Origin: Promethearchaeia archaeon
GTDB lineage: Archaea > Asgardarchaeota > Lokiarchaeia > Sigyniarchaeales > SOKP01
Length of the DNA stretch: 24,265 bases
Assembly (NCBI GenBank): GCA_029856105.1
Contig: JAHQWH010000163.1
Span: forward strand, 1 to 24,265
Direction of reading: 5' to 3'
A program made the translations under genes and the position numbers. The notes under the pieces were generated by a model. It searched no databases. It was not told the DNA's origin and worked only from the letters and a program-made list of their open reading frames with translations. Shown here piece by piece: positions 1 through 8,652 of the stretch; position 1 is the stretch's first letter, and each line of letters opens with the position of its first letter.

Positions 1-2
1 AA

Positions 3-395
3 GTGTACGATATTCATCGAAAAGAAAAGTATGATTTTATCTTAGTAGCAAACTATACTAAAGACCCTCATTTAGGTGCTGCTGTTTTTTGTGAAGATAT
101 TATCTGCAAAAATATAGTTGAGAAGCCGCCAAAGGGAACGTCTGGGTCGAATCTAAATAATTGTGGCGTGTTTATATTTTCAAAGGAAATTTTCGAAGTT
201 TTAAAAAACCTCAAACCTTCTGAAAGAGGCGAGATAGAAATAACAAAAGCTCTCTTAAAAGGCATGAACGAGCGAAACTGGAAAGTAAGAGTCTTAAAGA
301 TGGAGAAAAATCAATTTAGAGGAGATTTTGGGGATAAAGAAAAATATGAACAATTAAAAGATGATTCATCGTGGCTTCAATTTTTTAAAATTTAA
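3..395 (+). CDS. Sugar-phosphate nucleotidyltransferase (RmlA/GlmU-like NTP_transferase), C-terminal part; 5'-truncated by the window edge
   Basis: Motifs IVEKP, NCGVFIF, PSERGEIEIT and a D-x-G near the C-terminus; the frame is open from the window start. Confidence 0.85.
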   Translation: MYDIHRKEKYDFILVANYTKDPHLGAAVFCEDIICKNIVEKPPKGTSGSNLNNCGVFIFSKEIFEVLKNLKPSERGEIEITKALLKGMNERNWKVRVLKMEKNQFRGDFGDKEKYEQLKDDSSWLQFFKI

Positions 396-472
396 ATAGT
401 AGTAAAGGAGAATAAATACATAGCAAAACAAATGAGATATTATTCATTACTATTTTAAAAAATGTGGTTTAA

Positions 473-2089
473 ATGCGAATAAGAACGAGAAAAAATCTTT
501 TTAAAAAAAATATCGCAATAACTTTTTTATTTTTAATTCCGATAATTTGTTTTTCTAGCTTTTTAGGTTTTGGTCTTTACATCCTTGACGATCTCGCTTC
601 ACTTACTTTAAACCTTGACCCTCCAAATACAGATTACTTCACACCTTTAAATCAAATTGAAGGAAATCAAACATATTTGGAACAAATAGCAGATATATAT
701 GATTATCAGTTGGAGGAATGGCACGTTCCTACTAACATTAGTATTGATGTTACATTTACTAACGATGCTTATAGCGAGGTTGGATATTGGCACGGAACCG
801 ATAACGGAAATCTCCATCTAGGGTATACGCTTGCGTCACAATGTTTACGTTATAAATACGCGTTAGATAATAGCGATTTAGACGAATTGAATAATGCTAC
901 CCGTATGATAAAGAAATGCGTTTCTGGATTTACTAATATGCTTGCTGCTCCCAACGGGGGGATTGGTCCTGATTATCCTGGAATGCCCGCAAGGTTTGTT
1001 TCTGCTCCAGAGAATCGAAAATATCACCAATGGCTATTCGATGAACACCCACGACATTTTAATGGAACGGGTCCTTATAAAAATTGGAGAGTTAGATTAC
1101 ATACTTCCCGCGACGAGTTAGCAGGATATTATCTTGGCTTTGCCAGCGTTTTAAAATTTGTTGATCCTGAAGCGAATGATGATAGTAGATGGTGCGTAGA
1201 AAGAATTGGCTTATTAGCGGCGCAAATGATCGAAGGATTTCGTAAAACTAACTGGTTATTATTAGGTGGAGAGGGGGAACCTGTAGGTTCAGACCTAAAT
1301 CCAATATTAGGAGAAAATATGTGGCAATTAACCTTATTACGCATAGGTGCTACAGCATTTCCTGATAAATACGATTCTCTTTACCACTATGTGGCCGCAA
1401 AGATTATGTCAATGAATAACGGACATATGGGATCAGTTAGCAATACAGCAATGGATACTTACGCTTTAGCTTTTAGTATGGATGTAGAATTTGCCTTAAT
1501 AATGCTGGAAGACAATCCCTTATTACAATATCATTACATAAAAAGATTTGAAGAAGGCTTTTATAGTTTCTTAAGATACCATCGTAATGCCTTTTTCAAT
1601 ATTGTTCATCTTGCTTTTATGACTTTAATAGAAGATTCTTCTTTATTTGAGGATCCACAATATAATGATGAGACAATAAAATGGGATATTTTAGATCAAT
1701 TGTGGAGATTTAACACTTCGGGATGGGGTAATGGCATAAGGAATTACAATTTAACTATAAGGCCTAATTCAACAAGAGCAACAAGCCTTAACCCTGATAT
1801 TGCTGCTATGGAAATTAGTCCATTAAGCGCTAAATGGCTGGATTTCTTTGAAAACAATGTGTATGGCTCTCTCTTTTCTTGGATGGGGGAATTAGTTGAT
1901 ATTGATAATGTTCAATACTTATTCCCGTTAACAATCTCAGAAATGGGCGTTCATCACTTCCTCTGGGAACATGGCAAATTTTTTGGGACAGGTGGAAATA
2001 CTGGTCCTCATGATAATGGATTAAAACAGGTGATACCTAACTCGTATCTGGTCATTTACTGGATGGGAAAAGCTTTTGATATATTCTAA
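473..2089 (+). CDS. Membrane-anchored hypothetical protein, probable extracellular alpha-helical barrel enzyme
   Basis: 538 aa ORF with a basic N-terminus and a single hydrophobic segment (about aa 14-38); conserved-looking motifs TDNG, GMPARF, TSRDELAGY and YWMG. Confidence 0.75.
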   Translation: MRIRTRKNLFKKNIAITFLFLIPIICFSSFLGFGLYILDDLASLTLNLDPPNTDYFTPLNQIEGNQTYLEQIADIYDYQLEEWHVPTNISIDVTFTNDAYSEVGYWHGTDNGNLHLGYTLASQCLRYKYALDNSDLDELNNATRMIKKCVSGFTNMLAAPNGGIGPDYPGMPARFVSAPENRKYHQWLFDEHPRHFNGTGPYKNWRVRLHTSRDELAGYYLGFASVLKFVDPEANDDSRWCVERIGLLAAQMIEGFRKTNWLLLGGEGEPVGSDLNPILGENMWQLTLLRIGATAFPDKYDSLYHYVAAKIMSMNNGHMGSVSNTAMDTYALAFSMDVEFALIMLEDNPLLQYHYIKRFEEGFYSFLRYHRNAFFNIVHLAFMTLIEDSSLFEDPQYNDETIKWDILDQLWRFNTSGWGNGIRNYNLTIRPNSTRATSLNPDIAAMEISPLSAKWLDFFENNVYGSLFSWMGELVDIDNVQYLFPLTISEMGVHHFLWEHGKFFGTGGNTGPHDNGLKQVIPNSYLVIYWMGKAFDIF

Positions 2090-2103
2090 TCTGAAAAATA
2101 TTG

Positions 2104-2511
2104 TTATTCTTCAAATAAATCTTCAAATTTATAACCTAATGCATGAGACAATTTCTCCATCTCATTTTTCTTGTAATCTAAAGCCAATTGAGATTCATTA
2201 AGGTTTTTTAGCTCGATCAACTTAATTTTTTTCATACCTATAGTTTCAGAAATGCTTTCTAATTCATCCAGAGTTTTATTACCAAGCAAATCATTTATGA
2301 TAGGTTCTTGATAAAAAATCATATCTAACTGTTCATTAAAAATCTCTGAAAGTTTAAAAGAAATCGTTAGAGAAGGATTGTAATCTCCTTTCTCAAGATA
2401 ATAGATCGTCTGGCGAGAAACACCTATTTTATCGGCTAACTGTTGTTGAGTTAAACCTAACTTTTCTCTAAAATCTTTAACTTTAGATTTTATTTTTTTC
2501 TTAAATTTCAG
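2104..2511 (-). CDS. XRE/Cro-family HTH regulator (135 aa) with a second degenerate HTH-like C-terminal half; CTG start
   Basis: The frame of track ORF 2104..2322 stays open upstream and reads KSKVKDFREKLGLTQQQLADKIGVSRQTIYYLEKGDYNPSLTISFKLSEIF, a textbook XRE HTH. An in-frame CTG at 2511 lies 6 nt after AGGTGGG. Confidence 0.9.
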   Translation of the reverse strand: MKFKKKIKSKVKDFREKLGLTQQQLADKIGVSRQTIYYLEKGDYNPSLTISFKLSEIFNEQLDMIFYQEPIINDLLGNKTLDELESISETIGMKKIKLIELKNLNESQLALDYKKNEMEKLSHALGYKFEDLFEE

Positions 2512-2558
2512 TTGCTTCCCACCTATATAATTTTAAAATATATTTTGAAATAAATTTG

Positions 2559-2571
2559 AAAAAAAAAAAAA
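2559..2571 (-). terminator. Oligo-U tract (13 nt), probable archaeal terminator
   Basis: Run of 13 A on the + strand directly after the stop codon of minus-strand gene 2572..3399. Confidence 0.5.
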
Positions 2572-3399
2572 TTAAGCTAATTTAAAAAGCTCTTCGATTT
2601 TACAATTTAATATTTCAGCGATCTTGTAAGCTACGGCGAGACTTGGATTGTATTTCCCTTCTTCTAAATATTTGATTGTATTAATAGGAACGCCAACTTT
2701 TTCAGCTAAGTTAGCGACTGTCAACTTAGCACTTTCACGTCTTTCTTTGATTGAAGTTCTTAGCTTTTCTCCTTCGCGTATTTTTGAAAGAATATAGCTA
2801 ATAAAGTTGTCAAATGCCAATTCCTCTGGTTTAAAAATCTTGTCTTCTAAACCACTTGGTATCGCAGAATATCTCATTAAATGTTCTTTAATTTTATTCT
2901 CAATGAGATTAGGTTCCTTCAATCCGGGAATATATCCTTCCGGTCTTATATGGCCTGATTGTCCACCAGATGCGACTGCGCTAGTTCCAGCCGTTTCAAC
3001 CTTAACAGTAAAAGTCTTGTACATTCTATCGAAAACTCCATTTGTGATATTAATGTTTTGTATCCTGCTATAAGGGATCGTAGCTTTAACCCTATTGAAA
3101 ACACCATGACGAATAACAAGGTTATTTTCTAACACTTCAAACGAAAACATTTTGACGTACTTAAATTCGTACCATATAGTAGAAATTAAAACAAACACAT
3201 AGGGAATAAGTACTAAATAGAAAATCATCAATAAGGCCCATTCTAATTGTATACCAGCTTCAAAAATGTACAAAAGCCCAAACATCAAAATCATCCATGA
3301 TGCATAAAATAAAAAATAACCGATAGAGCCTTTAAGAATCTGTTTTTTAGCATAATCGCGAGATATTTCACCTTGAAAGTCTAAATCATTTTTACTCAT
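2572..3399 (-). CDS. Fusion of 2 TM helices, a bacterial PH (bPH_2/YdbS-like) domain and a C-terminal XRE HTH
   Basis: Two hydrophobic helices (about aa 25-78); LVIRHGVFNRVKATIPYSRIQNINITNG...VKVETAG...IPGL is the YdbS/bPH_2 signature; IKERRESAKLTVANLAEKVGVPINTIKYLEEGKYNPSLAVAYKIAEILNCKIEELF is an XRE HTH; GGAGG lies upstream. Confidence 0.9.
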   Translation of the reverse strand: MSKNDLDFQGEISRDYAKKQILKGSIGYFLFYASWMILMFGLLYIFEAGIQLEWALLMIFYLVLIPYVFVLISTIWYEFKYVKMFSFEVLENNLVIRHGVFNRVKATIPYSRIQNINITNGVFDRMYKTFTVKVETAGTSAVASGGQSGHIRPEGYIPGLKEPNLIENKIKEHLMRYSAIPSGLEDKIFKPEELAFDNFISYILSKIREGEKLRTSIKERRESAKLTVANLAEKVGVPINTIKYLEEGKYNPSLAVAYKIAEILNCKIEELFKLA

Positions 3400-3509
3400 A
3401 TTATAATTCCTCCATTTTTTTATTTATTTTATTAAATGTAAATTATAATTATATTCAATTTTCTAGCATTTTAAGCCTTTAAAAAAGAAAGCTTAAAATA
3501 TTTCTTTAT

Positions 3510-3546
3510 TATGTAATAAATATTTACATATATATTTAAATCTTTC
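3510..3546 (-). promoter_or_regulatory. Candidate BRE/TATA promoter with a downstream palindromic operator for the PH-HTH gene
   Basis: The minus strand reads GAAAGA-TTTAAATA (TATA at 3540-3533), followed closely by the inverted repeat TATGTAA-N7-TTACATA (3510-3530). Confidence 0.5.
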
Positions 3547-3720
3547 TATCTTTTTCAGAAGTGGATAGTAAAATAGTTTATATTCCTAATTAACAATATG
3601 TTAAATAAACATTACATTACAATTTTAGAATAACATGAAGAATAACTCAAATTTTTAAAATTTTTATTACTTAAATAATAAATATTAAGTTATAATTACA
3701 AGCTAAATTGGAAGAATGTA

Positions 3721-4518
3721 ATGAGAGAATATGAAAAGATGATTATTACAGCCACAACTGCAAATTCTTGGATATATCCTGATTTAAAAAATTGGGCGGA
3801 AACAACAGATGCATTGATAGATGATGTTGTTAAATGCTATGAAGCTGGAGCTGCAATCGCTCACGTTCACTTGCCCAGAGGAGAAGAGATCGAGACCGTT
3901 AAAAGAATTAGAGAAAGATGCGATATTATAATCCAAGCGGGTATGTCCAGCTACCCAATAGAAGAAAGAGCACCAGACTTTCACGCGAAACCCGACATGC
4001 TTTCTGCGATATTGAATCATCACGATGAGCATTTTACTGAAATGACAGTAAACCAAATCCACGATCTTGACGAATTAGAACAGTACTGCATTACTTGCGA
4101 AAAGTTTAATATAAAACCTGAATGGGAAGTGTGGCATATAGGTTCATATTGGAACCTTAACTATTTAATTGAAAAAGATTTATTGAAGGCACCCCATGTT
4201 TTAACCTTGTTTTTTAATTGGCCTGGGGGCACATGGTCACCACCAACAGCGGATGAATATTTGCATAGAATAAAATATATACCCGAAAATTGCCTTCATA
4301 CAATTAGTGTTATGGGGGAAGAACAGACTAAAATTGCTGTAATGTCAATTGCCAATGGTGGGAATGTGCGCGTAGGAACGGAAGATTATCCTTTCTTGAA
4401 AGAGAGAGTTCCAGCAAAAGACAATGCTGAGATCGTACTTCGGATGGTAAATATTAGTAAAGAAATGGGCCGTGAAACAGCAGATCCATCCGAAGCTCGA
4501 AAAATTTTGGGGTTATGA
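3721..4518 (+). CDS. Beta-keto acid cleavage enzyme (BKACE/DUF849; 3-keto-5-aminohexanoate cleavage enzyme family)
   Basis: IITAT start, CYEAGAAIAHVH (Zn-binding HxH), IKPEWEV, GGNVRVGTED and A-D-P-x-E-A-R-K-I-L-G-L at the end. Confidence 0.92.
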   Translation: MREYEKMIITATTANSWIYPDLKNWAETTDALIDDVVKCYEAGAAIAHVHLPRGEEIETVKRIRERCDIIIQAGMSSYPIEERAPDFHAKPDMLSAILNHHDEHFTEMTVNQIHDLDELEQYCITCEKFNIKPEWEVWHIGSYWNLNYLIEKDLLKAPHVLTLFFNWPGGTWSPPTADEYLHRIKYIPENCLHTISVMGEEQTKIAVMSIANGGNVRVGTEDYPFLKERVPAKDNAEIVLRMVNISKEMGRETADPSEARKILGL

Positions 4519-4570
4519 AATATAAGGGATTAAAAGAAATACATTTAATTGAAATTAAACGCTTACTTAT

Positions 4571-5314
4571 ATGAGTAATATGTCATTTTCAGTTGAATTA
4601 ATTTTAGCTTTTATAATTCTAATACCATTTATTATAATAAATCTATTTTTATGGATTGGTGCTTTATTTCAAAAGGTACTATCGTCATTTCTACAGAAGG
4701 CTTTTAAAGTAGAAGAGAAATTTAAAAAGCCTAAAAATAAATTATTTAAATGGATAAATTTTATTATCTGGATATCAATTGGAACCATAAATGTATTATA
4801 TTTAGATAACCCCGTTTCTTTGGGCGCAATATTTATATTTTTAGCGTTTCATAGTGGAACTACCCTCAGTAAACGTTTTGTTTTTGGTATTCACGACATT
4901 AAAGCAATGAAATTCCATTTACCAGATTCAAAAACAACAAATATCGCCTCTTTCATTGTTAAAGTCAGTATTGTATTAGAATTATTGTTTGTATTATCTT
5001 GGGCGTTATTGTATAAGTACCTCAGCGTTTCGATTAAGTCAAATTTAGGTATAGAAGTGAATATTTTATTATTAATTCTATGGGGTTCTGGTTTAATTTA
5101 TGGAATAATTTTCTCAGTAATTCAAAGCAGCTTTTCAAAACAAATTTTACTTAAGAATGAAATTGGCATAGCTTTAATGTTGTCGGGAGAAGGTTTTAAA
5201 GGAAAGATTAAGAGTTCGGGAGATGGCCTTAAAGAAAAAATTAAGAATTCGGGAGATGGCTTTAAAGAAAAGATTAAGAAAGAAAATGTTCTTAAGAAGC
5301 TTTTCAAGAAATGA
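4571..5314 (+). CDS. Hypothetical multi-pass membrane protein with C-terminal 11-aa repeats
   Basis: About 5 hydrophobic segments and a Lys-rich repeat tail. Confidence 0.75.
   Translation: MSNMSFSVELILAFIILIPFIIINLFLWIGALFQKVLSSFLQKAFKVEEKFKKPKNKLFKWINFIIWISIGTINVLYLDNPVSLGAIFIFLAFHSGTTLSKRFVFGIHDIKAMKFHLPDSKTTNIASFIVKVSIVLELLFVLSWALLYKYLSVSIKSNLGIEVNILLLILWGSGLIYGIIFSVIQSSFSKQILLKNEIGIALMLSGEGFKGKIKSSGDGLKEKIKNSGDGFKEKIKKENVLKKLFKK
5183..5281 (+). repeat. Three tandem 33-bp in-frame repeats
   Basis: Units start at 5183, 5216 and 5249 (tcgggaga...attaaga) and encode SGEGFKGKIKS / SGDGLKEKIKN / SGDGFKEKIKK; units 2 and 3 match at 30/33 nt. Confidence 0.92.
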
Positions 5315-5334
5315 GAAAATTAAATTCAAAATAT

Positions 5335-6111
5335 TTATTTTGTAGTCCAACCACCATCTAATCTCAAATCTGCTCCGGTCATATAAGAGGAATCGTCTGT
5401 TGCTAAAAAGAGAATCCCCGTGGCAATTTCTTCAGCTTTTGCCCAGCGACCTATAACACCTTCTTCTTCGAATTCTTTCTTAACGGCATCATAGTCAACA
5501 CCTCTATCTCTAGCTTGTTTTGCTACGTCGCTCTGTAGCATTGGTGTGTCGGTAGCACCTGGACTCACGCTGTTAACTCGAATGTTATAAGGCGCTAAAT
5601 CTAATGCTAAAGCTCTTGTATATCCTAAAACACCTGCTTTCGTAGAACAATAATTCGCATGAGCTACTTGACCAATGTGCGCTGCTACAGATGCTAAAGT
5701 GATAATAGTTCCAAACCTCTGTTTTTTAAAGTAAGGAACCGCAAATTTACATGTGTGGTGTGTGCCTTTAAGGTTTACATCGATCAACAAGTCATAATCG
5801 TCATCTGGAAAAGTCTCAACTGGTCCTACTCTCACAACACCTGCATTAACTATTAAAACATCAATTTTTCCATACTTATCTATTGTAGAATCAATCATAT
5901 TCCTAACTTCATCGGAATTTCTCACATCTAATTTTATGATTGTCGTTCTTTCTTTAGCACTTCCTAAAGCTTTGTATGTTTCTTTCAATCCGCTTTCGTC
6001 AATATCAGAAAGTACTTGAATTGCCCCTTCTTTAGCAAATAAAATAGCCGTAGCACGACCAATTCCCGAAGCAGCCCCAGTTAAAACCACAATTTTATCT
6101 TTTACTCTCAA
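5335..6111 (-). CDS. Classical short-chain dehydrogenase/reductase (SDR), probably NAD-dependent
   Basis: TGAASGIG, an Asp at the end of beta-2 (VLSD), VNAG, catalytic YCSTK, IRVNSVSPG and DGG. Confidence 0.95.
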   Translation of the reverse strand: MRVKDKIVVLTGAASGIGRATAILFAKEGAIQVLSDIDESGLKETYKALGSAKERTTIIKLDVRNSDEVRNMIDSTIDKYGKIDVLIVNAGVVRVGPVETFPDDDYDLLIDVNLKGTHHTCKFAVPYFKKQRFGTIITLASVAAHIGQVAHANYCSTKAGVLGYTRALALDLAPYNIRVNSVSPGATDTPMLQSDVAKQARDRGVDYDAVKKEFEEEGVIGRWAKAEEIATGILFLATDDSSYMTGADLRLDGGWTTK

Positions 6112-6124
6112 TTTATTATCACTC

Positions 6125-7258
6125 TCACTTAATAACTATCTTTTTATCGAGACGTGATAATCTTTCACAACCAGAACTAGTAATTCTATAGCAATCTTCA
6201 ATACCAACTAAACCTTGTCCTCGCACATTTAACCAAACTTCAATATCCATGACCATATTTTCTTCAAAAGGAATGTCCATTGCACCTGTAGGGCCAAAGA
6301 GATGAGCTTCTTCACATTCTAATCCAATACTATGTGCTGTAATAAGATAAAAGCCTTTTTTTGTAATTTTTTTTAAATAAGAGCGAGCTTCTTCCCTAAA
6401 TTCACTAGCATTAACTCCTGGTTTAATATTGTCAACACAATATTCTTGAACTTGTATCATATAATCCATAGCTTCGTTAGCTTTCTTGGGGATCTCCCCA
6501 ACAACGACCTCTCTACTTACATCAGAGATATATCCTTCCCACACAGCTCCAAAATCAAACCTTACAATGTCATTTTGAGTTATTGGGATTCCTAAACCTG
6601 GTGCTTCTGGATCTGAAGGACCAATATTCATTGTTAAATGATCCCATCCCCACGCACCCTCATCTACTATCGTTCTTCTCGCTATTTGTAACAATTCTGT
6701 ATCTAATACATCCAATTTTACAGCATCTATACATGCTTGTATTGCCTTTTCAGCTACTTCAGTTGATTTCCGAATTCGCCTTACTTCTTCTTCAGTTTTA
6801 ATCAGGCGCATGCCAATAAATGCTTTATCAGCATCGACAAATTTCGCATCTGGGAACTTCTTTTGCAACGCTTCAGACTGGTACCGTGGCATGTAAGATT
6901 CAAGACCTATTGTCTTATTGCCTAAATCCCATTCTTCAACTTTTTTTAATAAGATTTTTATCGTAGCTTCTAAGGAGCCAGCACGAAATACTTTACTCGG
7001 TTCAATCCAAGAAAAATCTTCTATGCTATTATATAAAGACCATACAATAGCATATTCTTCTCCATCTCTACGTATCATAGACAAATTAGGGTATTGGTTG
7101 GATAGTACATATAAAATAGGATTTGGAGCAACATGAGTCACGGGTAAACCTGTAGTATAAAATACATTTACTGGAGTTGAAGCAATTAGAAGATCAATAT
7201 CGTATTTATCTAAAAATTTCCTTGCTCTTTTCTTACTATATCCAATTGGGTCGACCAT
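6125..7258 (-). CDS. M24B family (Xaa-Pro peptidase/creatinase-like) metallohydrolase
   Basis: Creatinase_N-like N-domain, RLIKTEEE, and metal ligands in FDFG, YISD, HSIGL, DIEV and GIED. Confidence 0.9.
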   Translation of the reverse strand: MVDPIGYSKKRARKFLDKYDIDLLIASTPVNVFYTTGLPVTHVAPNPILYVLSNQYPNLSMIRRDGEEYAIVWSLYNSIEDFSWIEPSKVFRAGSLEATIKILLKKVEEWDLGNKTIGLESYMPRYQSEALQKKFPDAKFVDADKAFIGMRLIKTEEEVRRIRKSTEVAEKAIQACIDAVKLDVLDTELLQIARRTIVDEGAWGWDHLTMNIGPSDPEAPGLGIPITQNDIVRFDFGAVWEGYISDVSREVVVGEIPKKANEAMDYMIQVQEYCVDNIKPGVNASEFREEARSYLKKITKKGFYLITAHSIGLECEEAHLFGPTGAMDIPFEENMVMDIEVWLNVRGQGLVGIEDCYRITSSGCERLSRLDKKIVIK

Positions 7259-7412
7259 CTAATATCACGTCTTTTAAATATTAATTCATTAAAATATAAT
7301 CTGAGTTAAAAACTTATAATAAAATTTATTTAAGGTAAAGTTAAGTCATTATTATCGATTTTGTAAACTTTCTACAAGATATTTATAAATATCCTAATAG
7401 AAAAGATTAATT

Positions 7413-8540
7413 ATGGATTTTGTTAAATACGGGATTGTTGGATCTGGCACTGTCTGGAGGTTTCATAAATTTGGATGTAAAAATAATCCAAAAATCAAAT
7501 TTAAATCAGTTTTTGACATTAACGAGAAAACTGCGAGGAGATGCGCTAAAGTCAATAAGATGACTTATTGCAGCACCATTGATGATTTGTTAAAAAGCGA
7601 TATTGACGCTGTATTGATAATGGTTCCACATTTCCTCCATGAAAGGTATGTCATTGCGGCAGCAGAAGCGGATAAGCATGTACTCTGCGAAAAACCGATG
7701 GCTACTACGCTTGAAGGCTGTGACGATATGATTAAGGCAACTAAGAAAGCGGGTGTTAAATTTATGGTAGCCGAAAACCATCGGTTTTTACCCGCTCATA
7801 AATATATAATGGAAGCAGTGCAATCGGGGTTAGTGGGAAAAGTTTTTTTGGTGCGATCTTACGAAGGAGTTAATGAAATACCTGGACTTATGAAAAGCGG
7901 GTATTGGAAGGGCCATCCAATTATGGCCGGAGGTGGGGCTTTAATGGATATGGGCGCCCACAAATTTGCGACAATTAATTGGATATTAAACGATAAAGTT
8001 GAATCTGCTTATTGTTGGCTAACAAAACAGTGTACCAATTTGAGCGAAAAAGCCGAGGATAACGCCATGGTTTTATTGAAGTATTTATGTGGGTCTATTG
8101 TTGAAACGATAGTTAGCTTTACCGTTATATCACCACCAACAAATAGTTTAGAAATATATGGAACAAAAGGTACGATTATCGAAAATCATGAGTGGAAGAA
8201 CCCCGTTAAAATGTTCTCTAATCACGAAAGTATGGGTAATAATAAAGGAAAATGGTACGAACCAGAAATTAAGCACGGAACTTTTCCAAAATATTACGAG
8301 ATATCTATGGGTATTGAAGACTCTTATTTTACAGATTGTATAATTAACGATGTAAAACCGAATTTTTCTCCAGAGCAAGCAAGAGAAGTAATAAAAACTG
8401 TCTTATTATCGTATTTATCAGCAAAAACAGAGAAATTTGTAACGGTAGATGATTTGATGGAAGTTTATAATTCTAAGGGAACTAGAAGTATTCTCGAAGG
8501 ATTAGAAAAATGCGTTAACAATAATTATTGTTTAGAATAA
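7413..8540 (+). CDS. Gfo/Idh/MocA family oxidoreductase
   Basis: YGIVGSG, KHVLCEKPMA, ENHRF, GGGALMDMGAH and LEIYGTKG. Confidence 0.95.
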   Translation: MDFVKYGIVGSGTVWRFHKFGCKNNPKIKFKSVFDINEKTARRCAKVNKMTYCSTIDDLLKSDIDAVLIMVPHFLHERYVIAAAEADKHVLCEKPMATTLEGCDDMIKATKKAGVKFMVAENHRFLPAHKYIMEAVQSGLVGKVFLVRSYEGVNEIPGLMKSGYWKGHPIMAGGGALMDMGAHKFATINWILNDKVESAYCWLTKQCTNLSEKAEDNAMVLLKYLCGSIVETIVSFTVISPPTNSLEIYGTKGTIIENHEWKNPVKMFSNHESMGNNKGKWYEPEIKHGTFPKYYEISMGIEDSYFTDCIINDVKPNFSPEQAREVIKTVLLSYLSAKTEKFVTVDDLMEVYNSKGTRSILEGLEKCVNNNYCLE

Positions 8541-8652
8541 TAGACTTTTTTACTTATTTTCTTATTTAACAATAAATTGCTACTATCTTCTCTTTTAAAT
8601 ATTGCTTTGTGATTTCTTTCATTAAATCGAAAATTCTCCGAGATGAGTATTC

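Noticed and set aside
3590-3604. TTAACA-N3-TGTTAA and other short AT-only palindromes in intergenic regions (e.g. 2531-2550)
   Set aside because: Expected by chance at this AT content, with no independent support.
5183-5281. 33-bp repeats as a mini CRISPR array
   Set aside because: The units are directly adjacent with no spacers, are in frame within a CDS, and no cas genes are present.
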